DNA of 64,000 bases from an uncultured Chloroflexia bacterium (GCA_963724295.1 CAVRUC010000009.1:32001-96000), one strand, 5' to 3'; shown: positions 1 through 10,727, counted from the stretch's first letter. The notes: generated from the sequence alone by a model not told the origin. Made by a program: numbers and translations.

Positions 1-201
1 CAGGATCTGACCTACCTGGAGTGGATCCCACTGATCCTCGATGTCTTCATCGTGCTGGTCGTGCTCACGGCGGTGCTGCGCGTCAAACGCTGGCGACTTC
101 CGGTCATCGGCTACAGCGGTGATCTGATACCCGTCATTGCCTACTGGCCGGCGCTCATCGGCTCGGTGCTGGCCGTGACGCTGCTCGTCTTTTTCTATTA
201 G
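1..201 (+). CDS. 3' end of a membrane protein (partial)
   Basis: Frame 1 is open from the window edge: QDLTYLEWIPLILDVFIVLVVLTAVLRVKRW...LIGSVLAVTLLVFFY*, with two hydrophobic helices and TAG at 199-201. Confidence 0.7.
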   Translation, partial: QDLTYLEWIPLILDVFIVLVVLTAVLRVKRWRLPVIGYSGDLIPVIAYWPALIGSVLAVTLLVFFY

Positions 202-220
202 AGCGTGGTACGCACGACGC

Positions 221-298
221 GTCATTCCGACGAAGGAGGAATTTCATTGCTGCACGTACAAACGAGACGAGACGAGATCCCTCGTGCCTCGGGATGAC
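221..298. repeat. Palindromic REP/MITE-like element with ~25-bp inverted arms
   Basis: Left arm GTCATTCCGACGAAGGAGGAATTTC (221-245) matches the reverse complement of right arm GAGATCCCTCGTGCCTCGGGATGAC (274-298); flanked by direct repeat ACGACG (214-219, 299-304). Confidence 0.75.
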
Positions 299-1060
299 AC
301 GACGTATCTCATGCTGGCCACGCCGCGCTCCGGGAGCACCCTCCTCGGTCAGGGTTTGCAGGCGAGTGGTCTGGCCGGAGACCCGAAGGAGTTCTTCGGG
401 CACAAGATGCCGTTCTGGATGGAGCGATGGCAGACACCGACCCTGCCAGCCTTTACCGCCCAGCTACGCCAGGCGCGCGCGACTCCGAATGGGGTTTTCG
501 GCGCCAAGCTGCTCTACCGGCAACTCCTCCATCTCGAGAGCCTGGCGCGACAGGACCCTGAGCTGGCGGACCTGCCGTTGCCGGAGATCCTCGATCGCCT
601 CTTCCCGGATCTGCATCTCGTCTGGGTGACCCGGGAGGACAAGGTGCGACAGGCCATCTCCTGGTTCAAAGCCCGCCAGACCGGTGTCTGGGGGCAGGGC
701 CAGGAGCAGTACGCTCCGAAGCTGGGTCGCGCCTGGCGCCTCGGAGACGAACCGCTGCAGCCGGGAGAGCTCGCCTTCGACTTCGAGGGGATCGCTACGC
801 TCGTGCGGCAGGCAGAAGCGGAGGATGCCGCCATCGGCCAGTTCTTCGCCACGAATGGGATCGAGCCGTTCCGCGTCGTCTACGAGGAGTTCAGCCCTCG
901 CTACGAGGAGACCGTCTTCGCCCTGCTGCGCTGGCTGGGTGTCACCCCTCCGCCCGATCTCACCCTTCCCAACCCGCGCACGGTCAAGCTCGCCGACGAC
1001 CGCACCGACGACTGGGTCGCCCGCTTCCGCGAGCTCCAATCCGCGGGCACACCAGGCTGA
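284..1060 (+). CDS. Stf0-family sulfotransferase (original start possibly GTG 205, interrupted by the repeat)
   Basis: 5'-PSB loop YLMLATPRSGSTLL, plus GDPKEFF, TPNGVFGAKL, REDKVRQAISWFKARQTGVW and VYEE motifs typical of Stf0. Confidence 0.88.
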   Translation: MPRDDTTYLMLATPRSGSTLLGQGLQASGLAGDPKEFFGHKMPFWMERWQTPTLPAFTAQLRQARATPNGVFGAKLLYRQLLHLESLARQDPELADLPLPEILDRLFPDLHLVWVTREDKVRQAISWFKARQTGVWGQGQEQYAPKLGRAWRLGDEPLQPGELAFDFEGIATLVRQAEAEDAAIGQFFATNGIEPFRVVYEEFSPRYEETVFALLRWLGVTPPPDLTLPNPRTVKLADDRTDDWVARFRELQSAGTPG

Positions 1061-1109
1061 CCGACTGCCACCCAGGCAATGCGGACGTCACCGCGGGATC
1101 GGTCGGCGC

Positions 1110-1460
1110 TCAGTCCCCGCAGTCAGTGTCACAGATTGTTGGCTGACCAGGGGCCTGCTGGCAGCAGAACACTTCAGATGACTGGTCTTGGCAGCACTCC
1201 GTGACGTTCATGCAAACAGCCGTTAGGCCAAGGCAAGTTCCCTGGCAGGTCCATTCGCCGCCTACCTTGCGACACGTCTGCCCCGCGGGACAGGAGTGCT
1301 TGTCGCTCGGCGTACAGTGATGCCTCGGTTCATGGGTCGCCCCTGCGGCGACGATACGTCTCAGACTGAGCAATCCCCCGAAGAGCCCTCCGATTGCCCA
1401 GCGCCGGGAGCCAGCTGCAACACAACTCTTCGTGAGTTGGTCAAAGCGATCAGCGTGCAT
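1110..1460 (-). CDS. Small Cys-rich secreted protein with RFD/twin-Arg leader
   Basis: MHADRFDQLTK..SRRWAIGGLFGGLL leader, RBS GGAAGGAG, 12 Cys in the mature part. Confidence 0.8.
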   Translation of the reverse strand: MHADRFDQLTKSCVAAGSRRWAIGGLFGGLLSLRRIVAAGATHEPRHHCTPSDKHSCPAGQTCRKVGGEWTCQGTCLGLTAVCMNVTECCQDQSSEVFCCQQAPGQPTICDTDCGD

Positions 1461-1610
1461 GGCTAGTCTCCTTCCCATCTTGGGGCTCTAAAAAGGGCGG
1501 CTCAAACAATGGCGGCTGAGCTGGACCAGTGAGGACGCGGCGCTGGTGGTGGAGTGACGCAGCCCACGCGATGAAGGGGCGCCGATTGGCGCCCCTTCTC
1601 AGATCGAACG

Positions 1611-1650
1611 AAAGCGCGGGGCTCGGCCACTGGATTGGCCGAGCCCCGCG
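1611..1650 (-). terminator. Intrinsic terminator (a second hairpin lies at 1573-1598)
   Basis: Perfect 15-bp stem CGCGGGGCTCGGCCA/TGGCCGAGCCCCGCG just after the stop at 1656, followed by CTTT on the minus strand. Confidence 0.7.
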
Positions 1651-1655
1651 TTAGC

Positions 1656-2019
1656 TCAGGCGCACGTACACGTGCCAGAGCAAATGCCGAATATTGGATC
1701 CGCGAAGCACGCGGTCGTTGGCGTGCAGGTCCCTGTTGCGGTGACGCATGCGCAAGAAAAGGTCCCGGTACACGTGCCGGTCACCGGCGCCGCGCACGGA
1801 CCGCGACCGCGGGCACCCGCACTGATGCATTGGCCGCGATCCTTGCCCGGACCGAAGAGCGACTTGCACAGCTTGGCGCACGCGTTGTTCCTCGCCTGCG
1901 TGGTTTGCCGCCCCCCGACCACGGCGATCAGGCTGCCTGCAACCGCGCCAAGCACCCGGCGCCGCGAAGAGCCCGTTGCCAACGCCCTGCTCAGAGTGTC
2001 GAAACTTATGACTGTCCAC
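1656..2019 (-). CDS. Small Cys-rich secreted protein with KFD/twin-Arg leader (1-nt frameshift near 2003)
   Basis: RBS GAAGGAGG then GTG GAC AGT CAT AAG TTT; removing one T gives MDSHKFDTLSRALATGSSRRRVLG...; 12 Cys in the mature part. Confidence 0.78.
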
Positions 2020-2196
2020 GTCGACGTTCCTCCTTCGTAGTGCACCAGGCACCGCCAGGTAGCGGCGCCATTCGGCCCCCGCAGCGGGTGCGAGCGTCGA
2101 GCCGTCGCGCGGCGTCCGGGTGGTACGCCGTAAAGGTATCTACCCGCAAAAGTTGACTTTCTGGTCGTAACATCCAGCGATACCACGGACGTGGGG

Positions 2197-2225
2197 ATAG
2201 TATTCCTTTAATATCTGTCTGTCAA
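2197..2225 (-). promoter_or_regulatory. Near-consensus sigma70 promoter
   Basis: TTGACA-17 nt-TACTAT on the minus strand, in an AT-rich patch upstream of the Cys-rich gene. Confidence 0.7.
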
Positions 2226-2535
2226 TTTTCTCACGAAATCCTCTCTTGCTCGGAGAGGCTGATAGTGATAAGCATGGTCTCGACTCGGCGGTAAACAACC
2301 AGGCCATGAACCGATCCCTGGTTGGCATTTCACGTCGGTGGGGCCGTGAGGGCCGACTGCCGCCCAGCATTTTTGAAGGCCCGTCAATGCCGGCCATGGC
2401 GCCGAGAACTCGCGGCTCCGTTCCTCGATTGGCATGCTCCGCCGGCACGTCGGCGTGCCGCTGAAGCGGCTTCTTCCCGTGGCGCCTCTTCGAGCAGGCG
2501 TTGATCCGAGCGCTCGGGCTGGAGCGGGGGTCGCC

Positions 2536-3494
2536 TCAGCCTTCGGGATCGATGCCCGAGGCGAGCCAACCGCCGTGTGCCCAGGCGGCGAGATCCGAGG
2601 CCGACGAGTGCTGAAACCCGCGCCTCGTACGCGGCGAGATCAGCGGGAGAGACGCGGTCGCGCCACTCACCGGATCCGCCACTACGGAAGAAGGCACGCG
2701 GGTCCTTCCAGCTCCCTCGGGTCCCTGGCGATGCCAGTGGCGCATCGTCGACGGCGCGCTCACGCATCCGTGCCAGGCTCGCCTCCGGCACCAGCTCGCG
2801 CGCGCGTTCCGCTGAGCACGGGATGCCCAGGACGCCCGCCAGGCGCAGCAGCTCCCCCGCGAGGTCAGCGGTCAAGTCGGCGTAGTGGAAGAGAGCAACG
2901 TTCGGGTCGCGCCGACGCTGCCAGCCCGTGTCGAGGTGATGCAGCACCGACGCGAGCGACGGCGGCGAGATCTGCGTCTCGTCCGTGACGAAGGTCCGAA
3001 ACCGCTCGACCGGGTCCTCGGACGGCACGCGGCGTGGCGGCAGCTCGGCCAGGTCCTCGTTGCCGACGGCCGCGGCGCGTAGTTCCATAAAGCGCGCGAT
3101 GTCCAGGTTGGCGGCATGATGCTCGTACGAGATCATGACGTCGCGGGGATCGCGGCCAACCACCAGATACGTGACGTCGGCGTGCAGCGGTAGACCGTCG
3201 AGGGGTGCGTGCGTCTTGATGAAGCGGCGATGCGTCTGGGCGGCGAGCGCCGCCGTCACCTCGGCGCAGCGGGCGGTTGCACATGTCCAGCCACGGCGAG
3301 ACCTGGTCGAGCGACGCCGGGAACGCAGGCCCGTCGAAGATCAAGAGCGCGCACAGCATCTGCGTCCACGTCGTGCCGCACTTCGGCGGAGTGCTGATCA
3401 CCACATCACCCGGCCGGAACGCGAACCCGTCCCAGCGGCCACTGTCGGCGATGATCGAGCGGTAGCGCGTGCGCGGAGCCTGCGAGTCGACCAT
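2536..3494 (-). CDS. Sulfotransferase (Sulfotransfer_1 type), with two frameshifts near 3267 and 2598
   Basis: RPGDVVISTPPKCGTTWTQ, RRFIKTH, VGRDPRDVMIS, HYADL and FFRSGGSGEW motifs, spread over three frames. Confidence 0.85.
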
Positions 3495-4058
3495 CGCGCG
3501 ATTCTACGCGTCGGTCGACGCGAATGCCATCGCACATCGACGCGCGCGTCGCCGGCACCAACGGCGCCCATTGGACGATCACGGTCGCGCTGGTGCTCGG
3601 CTCGACGGCGGCCACTGCCGCCAGCGATGGCACAACCATGCCGATGCCATCGTCGATGAACCGCGGCAGGAGCATGCGAGCCCACATCCAGGACAGCGAT
3701 AGTCTGGTCTACGATCGCCACCCATGAACCAGAAGATGCGGCATAAGCGAGGCAGTTGCATTGAGGGTGGAATTGGCGCAATAGGATGTAAGCGGCGACA
3801 GACTCAGGTGAGTGTTTTGAGACGCGCGAGGAGAACCCGGGCAGGCTCGCCTCGTGTGGAGTCACTGTTACGCCGCGGCGTATCGGAACGAAACGTGCGC
3901 AAGGGGACGACAGCCACTCCGGGCCGCAAGAGCAACCACTGGCGATGGAGCGGAACTGACTCTATGAGAGGAACGAGTAGGTCGAGCGAATATACGCGTT
4001 CTCTTTGGGGCGCCACGCGGCTCAAGCAGAGCGCGCCGTGATAGGAAGGCGGCATGCG

Positions 4059-5387
4059 GTGACAGAGCACGCGCCAACCCAGAGACTGCAGCCGACGCCA
4101 GAACGGCCGGTGCTCGTCGTGGGAGCCGGAATGGCGGGGCTGACGGCCGCTGTGGCGCTCCATGAAGCGGGGGTGCCGGTACAGCTCCTCGAAGGGTCCG
4201 ATGGTGTGGGAGGCCGCATCCGGACCGATCGCCATCCGGCAGGGTATCTGCTCGATCGTGGCTTTCAGGTGCTGCTCGAGGCGTATCCGTTCGCGCGCCG
4301 CTGGATCGATCTGGCCGCGCTCGACCCCGCGCCATTCGATGCCGGCGCACTGATCTGGACGGGGCGACGATTGGTACCGCTAGCGGATCCGCGGCGGCAC
4401 CCCGGCGCGCTACTACGGGATCTGACGAGCCCGGTCTTCGGCGTCACCGACACGGTGCGGCTAGCCAGGCTGGCGCTGCATGCAGCACGCGCGCCGTGGC
4501 GGTCGGCCCGCGAGGCGGCCACGGCTGCGCCGGATCAGTCGGCGGCGGAGGCATTGTGGAGCGCCGGCTTTTCGCCGGCATTCGTCGAGCGGTTCGCCCG
4601 GCCATTTTGGGGCGGCATTACGCTCGATCCGTCGCTGGAACTGAGCGCGGGGCCCTTCAGGTTCACGCTGAAAATGTTTCTGACTAGGCGCGCGCTCTTG
4701 CCACGCGCCGGCATCAGCGCGATGCCAGAACAGCTGGGGCGACGATTGCCGACCAGCACTGTCATTTTGGGGCCGCGCGTCGAGCGGGTGATCGTCGATG
4801 CCGGGCGCGCGACGGGGGTCGCCGTCGATGGGCGGGTGCAGCCGGCGGCGGCGGTGATTGTCGCGACGGACCCGCCGGCGGCACGCGCGTTGACGGGGGT
4901 CGACGCATTGCCGGATCAGCGCGACGGGGTCGGCAGCCTGACGGTATTTCTGGCTGGGCGGCGGCACCCCGGCATCGGACCCCGCCTGGTCCTCGACGGC
5001 ACGGGGCGACTGACGCTCAATCATCTCGCGCCGCTCTCGACGGTGCAGCCGGCGTACGCGCCGCCGGGATCGCAGTTGGTGGCAGCGGTGATCGTCGGTA
5101 AGCGCCTCGAAGAGGGTGACGACGCGACGCTCGCCGTCCGCGCCCGCGACGATGCCGCCCTGCTGCTAGGACACGCGCCGGGCGACTGGGACATCGTGCA
5201 GACGGTGCGCGTGCCGTTTTCGCAGTTCTCGCAGCCGCCGGGCATCTATTCGCGCTTGCCCGGTAATCAGACGGCGATCAGTGGCCTCTACCTCGCCAGC
5301 GAGGCGACGGTCGATTCCAGTTACAACGGTGCGATCGCCAGCGGGGAAGCCGCCGCGCGACTCGTGCAGCAAGCGGTGGCGCGATGA
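4059..5387 (+). CDS. FAD-dependent oxidoreductase (amine oxidase / phytoene desaturase-like family)
   Basis: VVGAGMAGL Rossmann motif, GGRIRTD, LDRGFQVL, C-terminal SSYNGAIASGEAAA. Confidence 0.88.
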   Translation: MTEHAPTQRLQPTPERPVLVVGAGMAGLTAAVALHEAGVPVQLLEGSDGVGGRIRTDRHPAGYLLDRGFQVLLEAYPFARRWIDLAALDPAPFDAGALIWTGRRLVPLADPRRHPGALLRDLTSPVFGVTDTVRLARLALHAARAPWRSAREAATAAPDQSAAEALWSAGFSPAFVERFARPFWGGITLDPSLELSAGPFRFTLKMFLTRRALLPRAGISAMPEQLGRRLPTSTVILGPRVERVIVDAGRATGVAVDGRVQPAAAVIVATDPPAARALTGVDALPDQRDGVGSLTVFLAGRRHPGIGPRLVLDGTGRLTLNHLAPLSTVQPAYAPPGSQLVAAVIVGKRLEEGDDATLAVRARDDAALLLGHAPGDWDIVQTVRVPFSQFSQPPGIYSRLPGNQTAISGLYLASEATVDSSYNGAIASGEAAARLVQQAVAR

Positions 5388-5841
5388 GCGGGAATTCATT
5401 CGACAGTGCTCACCGCGACCCGCCGACCTGATTCCGGACCTCCAAAGGCTGGAGTCAAATGGCTGTGGTTGGCATGGATAGGAGCGCCGGCGTAACGATC
5501 GAGGAGGCGGCCAAGGCCTAAGCCATCGATAGTCACGACCTTGAGCTAGACCAGCACGCTGACAACTGGCATGGCTCCGCTCGAACCAGACGGGAGACAC
5601 TTCACGCATTTGGTCTTGACGTGGATCAGCCTGACAACTGGGACACCGGCCGCGGTTGCTGCGCCACCGTCTCGTCGGCGGGCAGGAACCCAAGTCGGCT
5701 GGAGATTCCGTGGACATCAGCCGAGCGCCGTACAAGACGGCCAGGCAGGCTCGGGAATCCGCTCTTCCTTGTGTGGACCGCTGTGACGACGGAACCGGAG
5801 CGGCCGCATTAGTGTGGTCTGGCGCGGCTCCGCTGGCCGCT

Positions 5842-6354
5842 CTACGCCTTGGCCGGGTTCGGACAGGGGCGGGCGCAGGCCCGACTACTACCGGGGCAAC
5901 ATCCCGGTGCCGCCACGCAGCGGTCCCCGCGGTGCCCCCCGTCCCGCTTCTCGCAGTCGGCGTTCGTCTCGCATTGATCGACGCAGACATAACCACCCCC
6001 ACAGAAGCTGTAGCCCTGGGTAGTCCAGTGGCAGAGACAGCGGTCGGCGCCAGCGGCGCAGTTAGTCGATCCCAGCGATTGGCACCTGTCCTGATGGATC
6101 GTGCAGATGCCCTGACCCGGCGCCTGTCGACAGTACCGCTTCCTGGTTCCCCGCTTCCGCACGCAGCGGCCGGAGCAGCATTCCAGGTCCGTGGCCCGCC
6201 CGCATCGGCCCCCGGTCCCGCCTTGGCAGGCCGCCGCTACCTCCTGGCGGACGAGTCCGGTGAGCCCGAGGGCAGCCAGCAGGCCGAGGACCGTGCGCCG
6301 GGTACGGCGATGGCTCAGAATCATCGTCAGGCGGTCGAAGCGGGTCGGGTCCAT
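5842..6354 (-). CDS. Cys-rich secreted protein with RFD/twin-Arg leader
   Basis: MDPTRFDRLTMILSHRRTRRTVLGLLAALG..VAAA leader, RBS GAAGGAGG, 20 Cys in the mature part. Confidence 0.85.
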   Translation of the reverse strand: MDPTRFDRLTMILSHRRTRRTVLGLLAALGLTGLVRQEVAAACQGGTGGRCGRATDLECCSGRCVRKRGTRKRYCRQAPGQGICTIHQDRCQSLGSTNCAAGADRCLCHWTTQGYSFCGGGYVCVDQCETNADCEKRDGGHRGDRCVAAPGCCPGSSRACARPCPNPAKA

Positions 6355-7073
6355 CCGGACCTCCTTCAGTCACGCGCGAGCTTGCGCTCACTCTGACCGC
6401 CCGCCGCCGGCAGTGCTATCCCCAGAACTCAGGAGACAACCGGACAATCGTGCATGTCCGGTGTCTGGTTGCTCGCGTCTCAACCGCATCAGAGCGCTGA
6501 TCGCGTCAGAGCCATGAGACGAGCGCGCCGACGCGGGTCATCGCGCCGGGTCGGGCCGAGTGGCGGAAGCAGAAGATCAAACTGCGGTGGGCAAGGCCGT
6601 GAAGAGCGCGGGGTGCAGGAGGCGGCTGTGGGAAACGGTAATGCGCTGAACCGGGTCGCGACCGCTGCATTACCGTCTCGTCGGCGGGGCGAAAGCCGAG
6701 CTGGCTGTAGAGACCGTGGGCATCGGCGGTATCGAACGCAACAGCCCGTCATTCCCTGCGCTGGACCGGACGACGGCACTGAGCCAAGGGAGCGCGGCAT
6801 GACCAGACGCCCAGCATTGAACCGACCGGCGCGGCGGCTTGCCTCTGCAAGGCAGCGCGTTGTCGCGGCAACCGCAGAGGGGGCCGGCAGGGTGCGGCCG
6901 GCCGCTCGGTGCGCCACCGAGCGGTGTTGCAGCGCGCTCTAAATCCCACCGCCCTTGTTGCACCTAGTGCCAGTCCCGTCCATCCGGTTGGTGAACTCCA
7001 CTCGCTCACACCACCGGCCGATGGCGTGGCCATCGCTGCACGCGCCATCGGCACGGTCACCACGTCTGCGTGG

Positions 7074-7706
7074 TCAGCTGGGCGGTCGTGTGGTTCTCTC
7101 CTCGTCGGTGCGGATGAACGGGGCCGGCCGAGTCGGGTGGTTCGCCGCGCCGTCGACGAGGATGTCGCCATCAAACGTCACCCGACCGGTCGCGGTCGCT
7201 TCACGCTCTTTCCTGGTACTGGTGTTCACCGAGAAGCCCTCGTTCGACGTCGTTCTGACGCGCGTCTCCAGCTTTCCTACCCCTGTCCACGTCACGTCGA
7301 AGGACACCCCGTGTGTCTCACCGAGGTTGTCCCTAACAGTTCCAGTTCCGGTGGCGGTGACGCGCTTGAGGTTCTCGGTGCTCGTGATGATCGCCGGAAC
7401 GGTTCCAGCCCAGCTGAACGAGCTGCCGTCCGGGCAGACGGCCTGGTACTGCACCCTTACCGTTGGGTCCGGGTCGTCTGTATCGGGCGATTCGAAGTCT
7501 CGCGTGCTGCGCACCAGCAGTGTTGCCTGCACCGTCGAGCCATCGGCGCATTCATGCGGTACCGACCAGAAGGCTTGGGCCGTCTCCTCGAAGAAGTAGG
7601 AACGGTCGGCCTGGGCCGACGCGGATGTCGAAAATGCCAGGCCCCCCAGGAGGGCCAACGTGGCGACGAGGAGGCTGCGTCGTCGCCAGGAAGTAGTAGT
7701 GAACAT
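7074..7706 (-). CDS. Secreted beta-rich hypothetical protein
   Basis: Signal peptide MFTTTSWRRRSLLVATLALLGGLAFSTSASA, RBS GAGAGGGG, Thr/Val-rich beta strands, one Cys pair. Confidence 0.8.
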   Translation of the reverse strand: MFTTTSWRRRSLLVATLALLGGLAFSTSASAQADRSYFFEETAQAFWSVPHECADGSTVQATLLVRSTRDFESPDTDDPDPTVRVQYQAVCPDGSSFSWAGTVPAIITSTENLKRVTATGTGTVRDNLGETHGVSFDVTWTGVGKLETRVRTTSNEGFSVNTSTRKEREATATGRVTFDGDILVDGAANHPTRPAPFIRTDEERTTRPPS

Positions 7707-8024
7707 GGTTCCCCTCTCGCCTGCTTGATAGAGTCGCCTCGATGCGCGCCGGCTGGCGCCAGGGTCAACGCGCGCCCGCGCGATCTCAAGCTTGGGGCAC
7801 CGCGGGCGGCCGCGGATCGGCCGAACGTCCCTTACTTCGATCGGACCTTGGTCGGGTGCGTATCTGACTTTGGTCGGGCAGAAGCGCTCGACCGTGAGTT
7901 CCCTACTCGGGCGGCGGCGCGTTGAGCACGAGGGCTGAAGAAGTCCATGAGGTCTCGGCGTCGGCGGTTCGTCCGGAGCGCCCGGTTAGCGTACCGGTTC
8001 ATGCCGGGGCGCCTGATCATCCTC

Positions 8025-8190
8025 CTGGCCGGCGCGGCCAGGGTCTTCAACACGTGCAGCCAGTACTTACCGCCGCGCGCCTCGTACGGCGGCCGGGCGT
8101 GGGCGACTACCCCGGGATGCGCGGCGAGCATCCGCATCAGCAAGGTCATGCCCATCCGACCAAACGAGTTGACGAGCAATGGAATTGATC
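8025..8190 (-). pseudogene. Sulfotransferase N-terminal remnant
   Basis: PLLVNSFGRMGMTLLMRMLAAHPGVV..PYE resembles a degenerate GRxGTTLL..L..HP PAPS loop; no downstream continuation. Confidence 0.5.
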
Positions 8191-8233
8191 CGAGCTGGGA
8201 GCCGTCAAAGTTATTCGCGACTCCGGCGCCCTA

Positions 8234-8824
8234 CTACTTTCCGGGAACGACCTCGCGCGCGGTCTCGTGCTCCGGGTCGAAGAGCAGGCGCGGGACGACC
8301 ATCGCATTCGCGCCGAAGAGGACGAACTCGTAGGCTGGTTGGCCGCCGTAGCCCTGCTGGCGGTGGATGTCCTGCGGCGGGTGCGGGATGATGACCACGT
8401 CGCCCGGCTCCAGGACCCGCTCCTCCATCAGCTCGACGACGGCGTGCCCGGCCCTGGCCCCATCGTCGACGCGCCGCCACGCTTCGTGCCGGTCGCGGCC
8501 GGCGTAGACGCCAACGATGCCCCAGGTGCCGTGCGAGTGGATCGGCGTCGGCTCGTCGGGGTCGAACCGCGACCGGACGAGCGTGAGACCGGACTCGTCG
8601 GTGGAGAGCAGCTCCGATCGGCGTCCGGTGTCAGCGAACAGTTCCGCCGCTGCCTCTCCAGTGGTAACCGTCTGCGTGAAGGCCTCATGGGTCGCCAGGA
8701 CCTCCGGGTCGTGCACCAGCGCCCGCATCCGTTCCACCAGTCGTCCGATGCCCTGCTCACTGGGGCCATCCTGCGCCAGGATGCCGCGCACATCGGCGAG
8801 AAACGCACTGATTGCACCGTCCAT
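8234..8824 (-). CDS. Cysteine dioxygenase-like cupin (3-His type)
   Basis: TPIHSHGTWGIVGVYAG and DIHRQ cupin His motifs; RBS GGAGGG. Confidence 0.8.
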   Translation of the reverse strand: MDGAISAFLADVRGILAQDGPSEQGIGRLVERMRALVHDPEVLATHEAFTQTVTTGEAAAELFADTGRRSELLSTDESGLTLVRSRFDPDEPTPIHSHGTWGIVGVYAGRDRHEAWRRVDDGARAGHAVVELMEERVLEPGDVVIIPHPPQDIHRQQGYGGQPAYEFVLFGANAMVVPRLLFDPEHETAREVVPGK

Positions 8825-9351
8825 GACGTGACCCTCCGGAGTTACCTGAGAGCGGCGGTGGAGACTAGATGCCAGGACGGCGCAGAGTCGCCATCGTCGA
8901 GTTGTATCGGAACCGCTACCAGTATACAGGAAATTCGACTGAACATAAACAGCGTGGTGCGGCGCTACAATGAGCGCTTGTCCGACTAGTCGTGATTGAT
9001 GTGGGTGATCTGCGCTTCGAGCCAGAGTTTACAAACGCGCCAGGTAATGCGCTCGGCGTCGACCAGTGAGCGGGCAGCACCACGGGTTCAGCGCCGAGTT
9101 AAAGGCGCTTCCGGACCAAGTCGGAGCGCGTCGGCCCCTTGGCGGCGAGCAGCGCTAGCACGGCCAACACAACCAACCGGCTCCACGCCAGGGGGTTCGC
9201 TGGGAGCAACCGGGAAAGCCCGCCGCAGAGGGCCAATCGGAGCGGGGCGCGTGACACATTACAGCGCTTGAATACGGCACCCTCTGAATTCGCCGACATC
9301 AGTCCTTCTGCGTCGACCTCGATCAAGGTGGCGATCCTGAGCGAGCGTCGT

Positions 9352-9804
9352 TCAGCCGCGCTCGCGGAGAGTTTGCTCCAACTCGTCGAGGTGCTCACCG
9401 CGGTGCTCGCCGCGGGCGGGATATATTGGACTCTCCGGGTCGAGCGGAGCCATCCGGTCCAGGGACAGCTCGGCGACGCGTGCGTCGGTTTCCTCCGCGA
9501 TCCGCAGGGCGAGTTCGGCTGCCGCCCTCGGTGCGATGGCATGGATGATCGGGCGGGTCGAGTCGTTGAGCCAATCACCCTCCGGTTCGGCGTCCGATGG
9601 GGCCCACGGTTCGCCACGATCGATCTTGTCGGCCATGACGAGCACCCGGTTGTCCCAGTAAGCCAGGTGCCCCAGCACGCCCGCGACCGTCCAGTACTCG
9701 TTGGCCGGCGCGGCGAGGGCCTCGTCGTCCAGCCGGTCGATGAACCCCCGGAGACGCTCGCGCGCCGGGTCGTTGACCTGGATGTACCAGCGATCGTCCG
9801 TCAT
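9352..9804 (-). CDS. DinB / maleylpyruvate isomerase N-terminal (DinB_2) family protein
   Basis: WTVAGVLGHLAYWD and EHRGEHLDEL motifs; RBS AGGAGG. Confidence 0.82.
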   Translation of the reverse strand: MTDDRWYIQVNDPARERLRGFIDRLDDEALAAPANEYWTVAGVLGHLAYWDNRVLVMADKIDRGEPWAPSDAEPEGDWLNDSTRPIIHAIAPRAAAELALRIAEETDARVAELSLDRMAPLDPESPIYPARGEHRGEHLDELEQTLRERG

Positions 9805-10076
9805 CACGGCCTCCTACCCTCGGTCGAACCGCTCCCCTCGAGGCATCCTCAGTAGCGACGCCGTGGACGCCGGAGCATGCTCGGAGAATACCAATTATTC
9901 GCCTTGGTCCGAGCTGGGTGCGGTGAAGGTCAATCGGAACGGGAAGTTGGTGGAACCGCCCGTCGTGCCGGATTAGGGCGAGTTGTCAGATGGAAGCATT
10001 TTCTTAACCGATGGATGCAAAGAGCATATGATCTGATCCGGCCCGGAGCGCAGCAGCATCACCGTCCGGATCCGCG

Positions 10077-10355
10077 GTGGTCGGGACCGCCGCCCGGCAC
10101 GTAGAGGAGCCGCTCCTCGTGGCCATTCAGCCTCTTCCCGGCGTGCACGTTCCGCCGCTGAACGCCTCGCAAGCGGCGGCACTCCAGACCGTCAGCGAGT
10201 ACCTGAACCTCGCCGGCGCCCATATCGCCAGCGTCCTCCTTGGGTGTCCTCCGCTCGACCGCAACGCGGCGACGTTGGCGGAGCTCAGCAATCAAATGTT
10301 GCAGGGCGCGGCACTCTGCCAGGGGTTCCTTGAACTGACAGACTGGCAGCAGTAG
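10077..10355 (+). CDS. Hypothetical protein
   Basis: Protein-like helical composition; first of three closely packed + strand ORFs. Confidence 0.4.
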   Translation: MVGTAARHVEEPLLVAIQPLPGVHVPPLNASQAAALQTVSEYLNLAGAHIASVLLGCPPLDRNAATLAELSNQMLQGAALCQGFLELTDWQQ

Positions 10356-10364
10356 GGGTTGGCG

Positions 10365-10727
10365 ATGAACCTCTTGGAGCCGACAACGCTTCAGATTGTC
10401 GGCGGCGTCCTGATGCTTGCTGGGCTCTTCGTGCTGCGGGAGTTCGCCTCGGGCGCGTTGAAGAAGGCCGGCGAGGAGTTCTGGATCTGGGGAAGACACC
10501 GGCGCGGGGGTGGCCAAACAGTCAGGAGTGAGCTGGATGACGGCACAGCAACTGGCAGTCACGCAGAAGTTGGCCGAAGCAGCAGCGAACACATCGAAAA
10601 CGGCGTGGATGATGACCGGCCGCTTTGCCTGTTACCTCCTGGCCAAAGCACCACCGACACCGCAGCAGTTAGGCGCTGTCCGGTTCGAGTCGAGTCTGCT
10701 CCGGGATCGGGCCACAAGAGCGCGTGA
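10365..10727 (+). CDS. Hypothetical small membrane protein (true end may be near 10530)
   Basis: N-terminal hydrophobic helix IVGGVLMLAGLFVL; the 3' part overlaps the next ORF and looks like readthrough. Confidence 0.4.
   Translation: MNLLEPTTLQIVGGVLMLAGLFVLREFASGALKKAGEEFWIWGRHRRGGGQTVRSELDDGTATGSHAEVGRSSSEHIENGVDDDRPLCLLPPGQSTTDTAAVRRCPVRVESAPGSGHKSA

Noticed and set aside
6400..7070. GC-rich intergenic hairpins as an ncRNA or IS end
   Set aside because: No recognisable RNA family consensus, transposase or paired terminal repeats
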